The notes under the pieces were generated by a model that saw nothing but the letters and a program-made list of their open reading frames with translations, was not told the origin of the DNA and did not search any database. Below, in pieces: positions 45,298-54,700 of a DNA stretch of 64,000 nt. Every line of letters begins with the position of its first letter. Positions within the stretch are counted from its first letter, which is position 1. Origin of the DNA: a candidate division WWE3 bacterium RIFOXYC1_FULL_40_10 (GTDB lineage Bacteria > Patescibacteriota > WWE3 > UBA101185 > UBA10185); assembly GCA_001773215.1 (NCBI GenBank), contig MEWB01000001.1, positions 322,473 to 386,472 of the forward strand, written 5' to 3'. Position numbers and translations under genes: made by a program.

Positions 45298-45691
45298 ATA
45301 CTCAATTACCGAAAAAGGCCTTAAAACAGAACGTTGCCCTGCCGGAGCTTTGACGTTATTCCAGCAAGTATTAAGAAATATACGGCAGATTAACACCAAA
45401 GAGGATTTTACCCTCTGGCTATCAGATAACAGCTCTTATTTCGTCAAGTTTATGGGGATCGACTGGGAGCTAATTGGGCCGCTGAATAGGAATGTCGGTG
45501 AGGTCATTACGCGGCTTGAAGAGGTTGAAGTATTGACCGGTTCCCGTACTGAAAGCGTACCTGCATGGTTATATTTTGTTCACCAGGTTGTATGTTACTA
45601 CGCTCTTAACAAAGCCGGTCTGTACCCAATGGGTCTCACCCAACTGTTGAACTTTCTGGTTGACAAGGGGTATCTACAGGCCTCAGATTAG
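45290..45691 (+). CDS. Hypothetical protein, paralog of previous ORF
   Basis: GGAG SD; C-terminal YPMG...GYL. Confidence 0.65.
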   Translation: MARYSITEKGLKTERCPAGALTLFQQVLRNIRQINTKEDFTLWLSDNSSYFVKFMGIDWELIGPLNRNVGEVITRLEEVEVLTGSRTESVPAWLYFVHQVVCYYALNKAGLYPMGLTQLLNFLVDKGYLQASD

Positions 45692-45725
45692 TATCTTTGG
45701 CAAGGTAGCGATAATTCACACTTCG

Positions 45726-47906
45726 CTATCTTGCTTCTCTTCCAAGCCTCAAACTATTTCCAACCACAGATACAGAGCTTAAAGCCATAGCTACACTTGC
45801 CATTACCGGCGATAACAATACTCCTATAAACGGATACAAAATCCCGGCTGCGACTGGAATTCCTAAAATATTATAGCCAAATGCCCAAACTAAGTTCTGC
45901 TTAATAATCGTTAACGTCCTTTTTGAAATCTGTATTGCCTCCAAAAACTTATCCAACGTCCCTTTAACTAATACAATGTCTCCCGCCTCGATAGCAACGT
46001 CGGTACCGGTTCCCATAGCAATACCTATATCGGCTTGAGCAAGAGCAGGTGCATCGTTAATACCATCACCTAACATGGCGATAACACTATTGGGATCACG
46101 GCTTTTAATGTTCTTAATTTCTTGAGCTTTTTGATCAGGTAGAACTTCCGCTATATACTCATCTACTCCCAACTCATGTGCAATAACATCTGCTGTAACT
46201 TTATTATCCCCGGTTAACATTATTGTTTTGATGCCCATGGCATTGAGTTTGTATATAACGTCCTTTGCATCTTCTTTTGGTGTATCAGCGAGGCTGAACA
46301 AACCCGCCAAATTGCCATCCCACGCTATATACGAAACCGTTTGGCCTTTTTGCTGTAACACGGCTGCTTTTTCAGTTATCATTGAATTTGTAACAATCCC
46401 TTGTTGTTCCATAAAGGCCTTAGTGCCAATCCATACCTTTTTCTCATCCACAATTCCAAAGATTCCAAAACCGGGGTAATCTACAAAACCCTCTACAGAT
46501 AAAGCCTCACTAAGTTTCTGTGCTTCATAATAGGCAGTCACTGCCTCGGCGAGCGGGTGTTGGGATAACTTCTCAAGCGAGTATAAAACTTTATTTGAAT
46601 ACTCAGCATCTAGCTTTTCCGAGAATTCTATTACTTGAACCTCAGGCTGGCCTTTTGTTAAAGTGCCGGTTTTATCAAAAACCACATGAGTAATCTTATG
46701 AGCTGTTTCTAATGCCCGGGCGTCCTTTATTAAAATGCCCTTTTTTGCAGACTTACCTGTGCCAACCATTACTGCAGTGGGAGTTGCCAAACCCAAAGCG
46801 CAAGGGCAGGCAATTACCAACACCGTAGTTGCAGTATAAATAGAAAATTGGGCACTTTTCCCCACCGCAAAAAACCAAAAAGAGAAGGAGGCAAGAGCTA
46901 TAGTAATCACGACAGGGACAAAAACTCCGGAAACTTTATCGGCAAGCCGTTGGATAGGAGCTTGTGTAGCTTGAGCCTGCTCGACCATTTTAATAATTTG
47001 AGCAAGAAGGGTATCAGACCCTACCTTTGTTGCTTTAAACTGGAAACTACCGGTTTTATTAAGAGTAGCTCCGATAACAGCGTCTCCAACCTTTTTTGAC
47101 ACCGGCATAGACTCTCCTGTTACCATCGACTCGTCTATATCGGTTGAGCCTTGAGTTATTTCTCCGTCGACAGGCACTTTCTGTCCGGGTTTTACTACTA
47201 CAATATCCCCTACCTTAACTTCTGAAATGGCAATTTTCAATTCCTTGCCATCACGTATTACAACTGCATCCTTAGCCTGAAGCTCAAATAATGCTTTTAT
47301 AGCCCCTTGAGCTTTCTTTTTGGCAGAAGCCTCAAGGTAACGCCCCAACATAATAAAAAATATTATAAAAACCGCGGCTTCAAAAAATACTTCTTCGGTT
47401 TCGAAAATGCTTGGTGCAAAAGTTACAACAGTAGAGTATCCCCAAGCAGTTAGCGTACCCATCGACACTAAAGTGTCCATGTTTGCCGTTTTGGATTTTA
47501 GGGCGATGAATGCACTTTTTAATATGTCCCAACCTCCTATAAAAAGATAAGGTGTGGCAATAATAAATTGGATAAGCGGTGGTCCCGACATCGTGAACAT
47601 GAAATACAAAAAAGGTGCTAGAGCAGCTCCCATAAATATAAGTTTCCCCTTCAATCTGTCCCGGAGCTGCTCCTGATGATGTGTGGTTTCATCCAGAAGC
47701 TTATATGCTCCTACACTGGCAACAGTTTGTTTCAATTTCTCCAGGCTTAAAATTTCATCATCGTAGGTAATATAAAGTTTTTCGGTTGCAAAATTTACAG
47801 TAAATTCATCAGTACCGGGTAATTCTGCTATCGACTTTTGAAGTAAAATTTTGCATGAGGCGCAGTGCATACCAACTATTGGATAGGTTTTTGTTATTTT
47901 GCTCAT
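45726..47906 (-). CDS. copA: Copper-translocating P1B-type ATPase
   Basis: GMHCASC, TGES, CPC, DKTGT, GDGINDAP, YN, MALSS. Confidence 0.95.
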   Translation of the reverse strand: MSKITKTYPIVGMHCASCKILLQKSIAELPGTDEFTVNFATEKLYITYDDEILSLEKLKQTVASVGAYKLLDETTHHQEQLRDRLKGKLIFMGAALAPFLYFMFTMSGPPLIQFIIATPYLFIGGWDILKSAFIALKSKTANMDTLVSMGTLTAWGYSTVVTFAPSIFETEEVFFEAAVFIIFFIMLGRYLEASAKKKAQGAIKALFELQAKDAVVIRDGKELKIAISEVKVGDIVVVKPGQKVPVDGEITQGSTDIDESMVTGESMPVSKKVGDAVIGATLNKTGSFQFKATKVGSDTLLAQIIKMVEQAQATQAPIQRLADKVSGVFVPVVITIALASFSFWFFAVGKSAQFSIYTATTVLVIACPCALGLATPTAVMVGTGKSAKKGILIKDARALETAHKITHVVFDKTGTLTKGQPEVQVIEFSEKLDAEYSNKVLYSLEKLSQHPLAEAVTAYYEAQKLSEALSVEGFVDYPGFGIFGIVDEKKVWIGTKAFMEQQGIVTNSMITEKAAVLQQKGQTVSYIAWDGNLAGLFSLADTPKEDAKDVIYKLNAMGIKTIMLTGDNKVTADVIAHELGVDEYIAEVLPDQKAQEIKNIKSRDPNSVIAMLGDGINDAPALAQADIGIAMGTGTDVAIEAGDIVLVKGTLDKFLEAIQISKRTLTIIKQNLVWAFGYNILGIPVAAGILYPFIGVLLSPVMASVAMALSSVSVVGNSLRLGREAR

Positions 47907-49265
47907 TTAGTTAACTACAACCGTTACCGGCTGTACCATTCCCATTGAACAGGTGATTTTATAGGTACCGGGTGTTTTTGGTGTAAATTCAAACACATTC
48001 ATGCCCGGATTAAGCTGTATTATAGATGGGTAAAGACCACGCGCTGATACTGACCTAGAGCAGCCTACGGCTCCTTTGTTATTAAACTCCCATCTAACAG
48101 GGATCCCTGCCTTTAGTGTCACATTTTTAGGAGAATATTCAAACCCACTTGCTTCCATCCTTAAAATTTGGGTACCGCTACTATCAACATCCACCGCTTT
48201 GGTATCGCTGGTATTTACTGCGGTTTTGTCTACGGAGATTAAGTCGCTAAAACTTTTTAAACCCAGTACGTTTAGCTGGGAATTTAGCGTATTTATAGCA
48301 AAAAACACAACTAATGACCCCGCGATTACCCCAAATAGTTTTGACATACCTCTATGGTTATATAGCTTTAGGCTGGAAAAGCTCACAAAGGTTAGCATTG
48401 GGAGTGTTCCCAACGCGAAGGCTAATAATATCAGAGAGCCTGTGATAGGGTTTCCGCTGGCCAAAGCTATTGTTTGTGTAACTAAGGTGAATCCACAAGG
48501 AATAAAGAATGTTCCGGCTCCAATTAAAAATGGCACATACTTGCTTTTGATGGCAAAATCGTTTGAGACTAAGAAGGAAGCGAACTTGGGGGTTTTTATA
48601 TTAAATTTGTTTGCAAAATTAAACCCCATCATTTGTAAACCCAAAACTATCATAACCGCTGATACAGCTAGCGTCAGAAGGGCTGTAATACTAAGTGATA
48701 TCTGGAAGGTTTTGCCAATAAGGCCCAATAAAAATCCGAATGCGGCGTATGAAACCAGCCTGCCTATATTAAATAATACGAATGGAGTGTAACTTTTCTT
48801 TGAGTTAAGCCCGTATAGATCTTGCCACTTCTTGGATAAGGACAATAACAAACCGCCCACCAATGCGGCACAACTCGATACACCGGCTACCATTCCGAAG
48901 ATAAAAAAAGCACCCAATGAGGATGTTGAATTAACATTAAATGCCTTAAGTAATCCGGATCTCTCTACATATAGGAAACCGGTAATCAAAAATACAAATA
49001 TTACAAAAGCCTTAAACAGCTGAGCCTCGGTTATTTTAGGCTCCTCGGGCTTGTTCCTAGAAATCTTGTACCCGAGATCTCGGAGCTTGGAGTTTATACT
49101 ATCAACGTCAATTCGACCATCTAGGGTTACCTCGCATCTTGATAAAGATGCCTCAACTCCTTTGTAACCCTCTTCTTTTAGAGTTTTTTCTATTAGTAAT
49201 TCGCACGAGGGACAGTGCATCCCTTGAACATAGTACGTATTGGTATCTGTGGATTTATTGTTCAC
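47907..49265 (-). CDS. HMA + DsbD_2/TauE-like membrane domain + cupredoxin protein
   Basis: GMHCPSC, SSCAALVGG, GRLVSY, PCGFT, FALGTLP, CSMGM. Confidence 0.9.
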   Translation of the reverse strand: MNNKSTDTNTYYVQGMHCPSCELLIEKTLKEEGYKGVEASLSRCEVTLDGRIDVDSINSKLRDLGYKISRNKPEEPKITEAQLFKAFVIFVFLITGFLYVERSGLLKAFNVNSTSSLGAFFIFGMVAGVSSCAALVGGLLLSLSKKWQDLYGLNSKKSYTPFVLFNIGRLVSYAAFGFLLGLIGKTFQISLSITALLTLAVSAVMIVLGLQMMGFNFANKFNIKTPKFASFLVSNDFAIKSKYVPFLIGAGTFFIPCGFTLVTQTIALASGNPITGSLILLAFALGTLPMLTFVSFSSLKLYNHRGMSKLFGVIAGSLVVFFAINTLNSQLNVLGLKSFSDLISVDKTAVNTSDTKAVDVDSSGTQILRMEASGFEYSPKNVTLKAGIPVRWEFNNKGAVGCSRSVSARGLYPSIIQLNPGMNVFEFTPKTPGTYKITCSMGMVQPVTVVVN

Positions 49266-49364
49266 AACATTATTGTATAGATAGTTATCTATGTATGCAA
49301 CCCCCTTGTTATTTCTAATTAATTAAATATAATCCATTGAAACAACGTATACAGGAGACTAGAG

Positions 49365-49793
49365 ATGACGCTATTTATAATTGCGGTTTTACTTTCAATC
49401 TTTTTCGGTCCATTCATTGTACCCATGCTTTTACCGGGGAAACTTGTGACAAGAATAGCTGTAAAGCTGTATAAGGCTAATAAACTTGAAAAATGGGCTT
49501 TTCTTTTTGGTAAAGTATATAAGAGTTATAGCCTTAAGGTAGGATCCCGCAACCCTAATTTCAGATTTTTTAGGGATAGGGTTTACGAAATTTGGTTTGA
49601 GAGCGATCACAACTCTTGGTTAAAGACTGAAATCTTCGACGACATCTATCCCACACAGAGTGTGCGAATGTTTAGCGAATGGACTAGAAACCCTCTGGTT
49701 AGGGGCCGTGAGATCAAGTACATCAAGACTCTCTGTATCCGCAGAGTTCCGTGTGCGTCGATGTTCAACCTTTTACTTGAGGTCAAGCTTTGA
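49365..49793 (+). CDS. Hypothetical protein with N-terminal TM
   Basis: AGGAG SD, 142 aa. Confidence 0.6.
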   Translation: MTLFIIAVLLSIFFGPFIVPMLLPGKLVTRIAVKLYKANKLEKWAFLFGKVYKSYSLKVGSRNPNFRFFRDRVYEIWFESDHNSWLKTEIFDDIYPTQSVRMFSEWTRNPLVRGREIKYIKTLCIRRVPCASMFNLLLEVKL

Positions 49794-49818
49794 CTATAGG
49801 GTAGATTTGTGGTATACT
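49790..49818 (+). promoter_or_regulatory. Sigma70-type promoter
   Basis: TTGACT-17-TATACT with TG extension. Confidence 0.75.
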
Positions 49819-49887
49819 GCCGTCACCGAACTTTCTTCATTAGCCCAAAGGAGGCCTATATGCTCTAACTTTAAAAAGGAGAGCAAA

Positions 49888-50091
49888 ATGAAGAAAAGCA
49901 GTTTCAGAACTATCCACCAAAAGCGCCACGGAAAGAACCACAAGTATAGCTCTACCTGGCCCGATTCAAAAGAACTATCCTTCATAAAGAGTCGGACAAA
50001 TAGGGTTATCAGACATACGAGCACAGATGTGGAAATTCCAAATGGCTGTTGTTATAAAAAACTGGTTAGCCACCTTTTTTACCGAGACTAG
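49888..50091 (+). CDS. 67-aa basic hypothetical protein
   Basis: AAAGGAG SD before ATG 49888; terminator follows. Confidence 0.7.
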   Translation: MKKSSFRTIHQKRHGKNHKYSSTWPDSKELSFIKSRTNRVIRHTSTDVEIPNGCCYKKLVSHLFYRD

Positions 50092-50099
50092 CCAAGGAT

Positions 50100-50132
50100 G
50101 GGAAGTTACATAATATGGACTTCCCTTTTTTT
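50100..50132 (+). terminator. Intrinsic terminator
   Basis: GGGAAGT/ACTTCCC plus T7. Confidence 0.7.
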
Positions 50133-51378
50133 ATCCTAAAACTAGTTCTTTTACTCCGCCAAATGAAATTCGATCTAAAACTTTTTCCTTGGCGCTTAAC
50201 ATACGTGCAGGGGTAATAATAAAATCTCCCCAACGCCCTGTAACCAAATCTATAGCTTGTGCCAGATTTTCTTTTTTAGAAGAATTATCAAATATTCCTA
50301 GTTGAACCTCTGCTTTTTGGGTGAGCATACAGCAAGATACCGCCAAGGTATGTATCGGATATGAATAAGGGGATTTTCGTAAAATTTTGTAAGCGGCTTT
50401 ATAAATATCTTCAATGTTAAACAGAGGTTCCGCTGTTTTTCTTCCCATGTGCCAATGAAAACCATTGTTATACAAAATAGAAACGTGAACGTGCTGTGTC
50501 TTATAACCGGCTCTTCTCATGCGAATAGTAGATTTTTGTACCAGCTTTTGTAGTATGGGCGTAATTTGTTCGATTTTAGATGGTTGCTCTTTAATGGCAA
50601 AGGAATTACCAAAGCTTTTTCGCCCAAAATCGATGTCGTCAACCTCCCATCCGCGTAATCGCAAAAACCATCGGTATCCTACAATCGACTGGAAAGCACG
50701 TTGCAGTACTTCAGCAGGAGCGTTGTAGAAATCTGTAACTGTATGAATGCCTACTTTGTTGAGCCTTACTGCATTATTGTTGGCAATACCGCATAGGTCC
50801 GTTAAATCAAGCTTGGCAAAGATTCCAGAGAAGTTGTTCACATTAATTTCATCCAAACCATCAGGTTTCTTCAAACCGGCCGCAGTTTTAGCTAACAAAC
50901 GATTAGGTGCAATTCCTATTGAAACAGTCAACCACTCCCCTATTTCCGATTTTATACGTTTTTTAACTTCTATTGCGGTATTTATTATGCCGATTTTTTG
51001 AGCCGGAAATCCCTCTAAATCTAAAACAAACTCATCTATAGATTTAGGCTCCAAAACATTAGTATAACGGGCCAATAATTTTCTCAACTGTATGTGAACA
51101 GTTCTGTATTTCCAAGGATCGGGTTCTAAAACGATTAGATCCGGATATAGCATCTTTCCTTCTTGCACCTGCATACCGGTTTTAATCCCAAATCTTTTAG
51201 CCTCAATAGAAGGTGCCAGAATACATCCCCGGGGACTGGTGTAGGCCGCCACCGCAATGGGCTTACCTCGTAAGAAAGGATTAGCCTGCTGTTCTATAGT
51301 GGCAAAACAAGAGTTTAGATCGATATGCATTATCGTAGGCGGTTTGGGGTTAAAAGTTAAATTAGTCGGGTATTCCAT
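50131..51378 (-). CDS. dinB: Y-family DNA polymerase (DinB/UmuC)
   Basis: HIDLNSCFA, SIEAKRFGIKTGM, SIDE, SIGIAPNRLLAK. Confidence 0.92.
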   Translation of the reverse strand: MEYPTNLTFNPKPPTIMHIDLNSCFATIEQQANPFLRGKPIAVAAYTSPRGCILAPSIEAKRFGIKTGMQVQEGKMLYPDLIVLEPDPWKYRTVHIQLRKLLARYTNVLEPKSIDEFVLDLEGFPAQKIGIINTAIEVKKRIKSEIGEWLTVSIGIAPNRLLAKTAAGLKKPDGLDEINVNNFSGIFAKLDLTDLCGIANNNAVRLNKVGIHTVTDFYNAPAEVLQRAFQSIVGYRWFLRLRGWEVDDIDFGRKSFGNSFAIKEQPSKIEQITPILQKLVQKSTIRMRRAGYKTQHVHVSILYNNGFHWHMGRKTAEPLFNIEDIYKAAYKILRKSPYSYPIHTLAVSCCMLTQKAEVQLGIFDNSSKKENLAQAIDLVTGRWGDFIITPARMLSAKEKVLDRISFGGVKELVLG

Positions 51379-51622
51379 CTGATATTTCCTCCAACTGCCA
51401 GGATAAGTTATCGGTATTTAGCAGCAGTTTAAAAAAAGCGGTATCTGATGAAACTGAAAAAACGTGATATCTGGTTGTTCCTTGTTTAAAGCTATGGCGA
51501 TAGCCCAATTTACTGATTTTATGAGTTTCCCCGTCCCACTTTAAGGCCAAAACGTTGTATTGACCACTTTTATGGTTATAGGCAGAAATTACTGTAACAG
51601 GAGCTTTTATTTTTTGTATCAT
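51362..51622 (-). CDS. Small beta-rich protein coupled to dinB (DUF6504/ImuB C-terminal-like)
   Basis: LKWDGETHKI...FSV...FKLLLNTDNLSWQLEEI; overlaps dinB start. Confidence 0.7.
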   Translation of the reverse strand: MIQKIKAPVTVISAYNHKSGQYNVLALKWDGETHKISKLGYRHSFKQGTTRYHVFSVSSDTAFFKLLLNTDNLSWQLEEISDGIPD

Positions 51623-51626
51623 AGTA

Positions 51627-51642
51627 CCGAATAAAACCCGAA
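51627..51642 (-). promoter_or_regulatory. Direct-repeat operator TTCGG-N6-TTCGG, candidate LexA box
   Basis: CCGAA-TAAAAC-CCGAA on +, 4 nt upstream of the cassette ATG. Confidence 0.6.
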
Positions 51643-51704
51643 TAAGTATATTAAATAACTTTAGAGGGAAAATTGCAAGAGGTGTAGAATAGACTTAATA
51701 AAGT

Positions 51705-54700
51705 ATGGACAATAAAAACACGTTTTACACGCTTGGAAGAGACCTGGCTATAAAGAAGAAATTCCCGCCAAAAAGAATTTTCCCGCTTATTAGAAAACAT
51801 AGCGATTTAGACTACAAAACCTTATATTCCCGTTTCGGAAATTTATATGCGTACTTAGTTTCGGAATACGAAAAAAACCCTGAAATAGTGCCCCTGGCCG
51901 CCTCGTGGATACTTGATAACTACTACCTAGTCAGCCAACAGTATGTCTTATTTGAGAAAACCTTTAAGACTAAGTTATTAAAAAAACTACCGTTATCGGA
52001 ATACGATCGGGTATATTACCAGATACACTATATAGCCAAAAAATACCTGGAGGCTACAAATTGTAGTTTTTCCGAAGAAACACTAATCCCATTTTTGAGG
52101 GGGTATCAGAAAATATACCCGTTATCTAGCCTCGAAATATGGATTTTGCCAACTGTGATCAAATTCGAGCAGACCCTAACCCTACTGAATAAAGGCTACG
52201 AGATCAGGGATAAAATTCAGAACGCTAAGTTTGCTGATCAGGTGGTTCAAATAATAGCTAACGACTTAAGCAGAAAGAAAAACCCGGTAAAAAAGATGAA
52301 TAGGATATTAAGAAGCCCGAACATGAACCCACATGTTCTTCTGGCCGTTCTTGAGGACGTAAGGGAATTAGATTATAAGGTAGAAGAAACACTGGCTCTT
52401 GTGGAATCCAAAATTCACGAGGAAGATCTAAACCTCGAGGAATATACCCGTGCAAGTGTGTTAAGAGATATTAATCTAAAACAGACCCTAAGTAACACAG
52501 TTTTGTCAATCAAAAATTTCTTCTATATAAACTGGAACAAGTTCTATAACAAAGTAAGCATTGTTGAAAGTACGCTCAAACTGGATCCGGCAAATATCTA
52601 TGCGACCATGGACGATATAAGCAGAGACAGATACCGCCATATTATTAGCGATCTTAGCAATAATAGCAATTATAGCGAATCAGAAGTTGCCAGAAAGGTT
52701 GTGGAAACTGCCGCAGCCTCGAATATTGATATCCAACAACACGTGGGGTATCACTTGATAGATCATGGTTTTTTTAACTTTGCTGAAAAAATAGGCTATA
52801 AACCAACCTTTAAAGTATTTGTTATTAACTGGCTAAAAAAGTACCCTAACTTGGGTTACATGGGAGGCATCTTCTTAATAACAGTAGCTTTGTCAGCGCT
52901 TTCCTTTTTTACAGCAATAATAGTTTCCCATAACTTGCTTTTCACACTCCTGTTCTCGGTTGGTCAGCTGTTTATAGCTTCTAACCTGGCAACTCTGATT
53001 ATTAACAAGTTATTAGCCTACATTCTTCCTACAGCGCTTCCTCCCAAGATAGAGTTGAAGGACTTTATTCCCGAAAACTGCAAAACCATGATAGTTATTC
53101 CAAGTATGCTTTCGGGAATGGAAAAAGTAGATAAATTAGTATACGAATTGGAGAAAAGATTTCTGTGTAACAAATACAAGAATCTCTTTTATGCTCTTCT
53201 ATGTGACTATAAGGACTCCGACGTTGAAGAATCCGAGGGTGATTATCAACTTTTAGCCTATGCAAGGGAAAAAATAAGGGAGCTAAATGAAAAACATATG
53301 GATGAAGGCTTTAACGTGTTCTATTTTTTCCATAGGAAACGCCAATTTAGCCAAAAGGAAGGCGTTTGGATGGCATGGGAGAGAAAACGCGGAAAATTAC
53401 TTCAGCTGGTTGAATGGCTCACAAAAGAAGGTAACTTTTTCTCGGTTATAGATGGGGATTTAGATAAATTAACTGATATCAAGTATGTAATTACACTAGA
53501 CGAAGACACTATGCTGCCAGCCGATTCTGCTTTAAAGCTCATAGGTGCGATGGAGCACCCTCTTAATCGTCCAGTTGTAAACCCCGATACTAGAATAGTG
53601 ACAAGAGGTTATGGATTTATACAGCCCAGAGTAATACTGATGCCCGAAGCTGAGGGACTTTCGAACTTCACGCACATTTTTGTAACAGAAAGTGGGTATG
53701 ATTCCTATTCTAATGCCACCTCGGATATTTATCAGGATTTGTTTAATCGGTCTATCTTTTGGGGCAAAGGAATATTTGACGTACAGGCTATAAAGGAAAG
53801 CCTTGGAGATAGGTTCCCTGAAAACCGAATTCTTAGCCATGATTTGATTGAAAGCTGTTTTTCCAAAGCGGCCTACCTTTCGGATACAAGCATAATCGAA
53901 GACTACCCTCCAACCTTTAATAGCTATCTAATGCGGGATAGCAGGTGGATACGTGGAGATTGGCAATTAATACCCTGGCTGTTCCCGAATATTATGTCAA
54001 AAGGGAATACATTCGAGAAAAACCCTCTGGATTTCCTCTCGAAATGGTTAATATTCACAAATTTGAGAAGAAGCATGATTTTACCGCTTTTTCTTTTCTC
54101 ATATATGCTAAGCTGGCTTGTAATAAAATCCGACATATTAACAGCCTATCTATCGGTTCTATTCTTTTCCCAAATATTTATTGAGCTAGATGATATTTCA
54201 AGGCCAATTAGCCATAAAATGCCTCTCACTGAAAAACTTATCTTAATAGTTTCCTCAGTTAAAAAGAAAATTACTCTTGTAGGCGCATATTTTGTTGGGC
54301 TTAGTCTGCTAGCCCTAAATAAAACTCAGGCGATACTAATATCGCTATATAGATTGTTAACAAACAAACACCTGCTGGAGTGGACTACATTCGACGAAGC
54401 TCAGCAACTTGTTGATAAAAATGCCAGTCTGCGGAAACAGCTATTGTCTCCATTTACAATCGCAAACTTACTAATAATTTTATATCTGGTGCAATCGGGT
54501 AAGGCTACCGTTATCAACACGGCGATAATTGTTCTATGGTTACTCTCCCCTGCTATATACACGCATATTAGCCGTCCTTTGAAGACAAAAAAACTTCGGG
54601 AGTACATTACGGATAAGGAAAGGATGCTCTCGTACGCCAAAAAAATATGGCTATTTTTTGAGAGTTATACCAACGAGGAAAGTAATCACCTTCCTCCGGA

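Noticed and set aside
48076-48792. 238-aa + strand ORF, also 62429-62956, 374-658, 38438-38830, 59997-60425
   Set aside because: Antisense to better-supported genes, with no motifs or start signals.
45726-49265. Copper gene pair as a new system
   Set aside because: CopA next to an HMA-DsbD_2-cupredoxin gene is a widespread pairing.
49660-49887. N-terminal extension of ORF 49660-50091
   Set aside because: Overlaps the upstream gene and a promoter; the SD supports ATG 49888.
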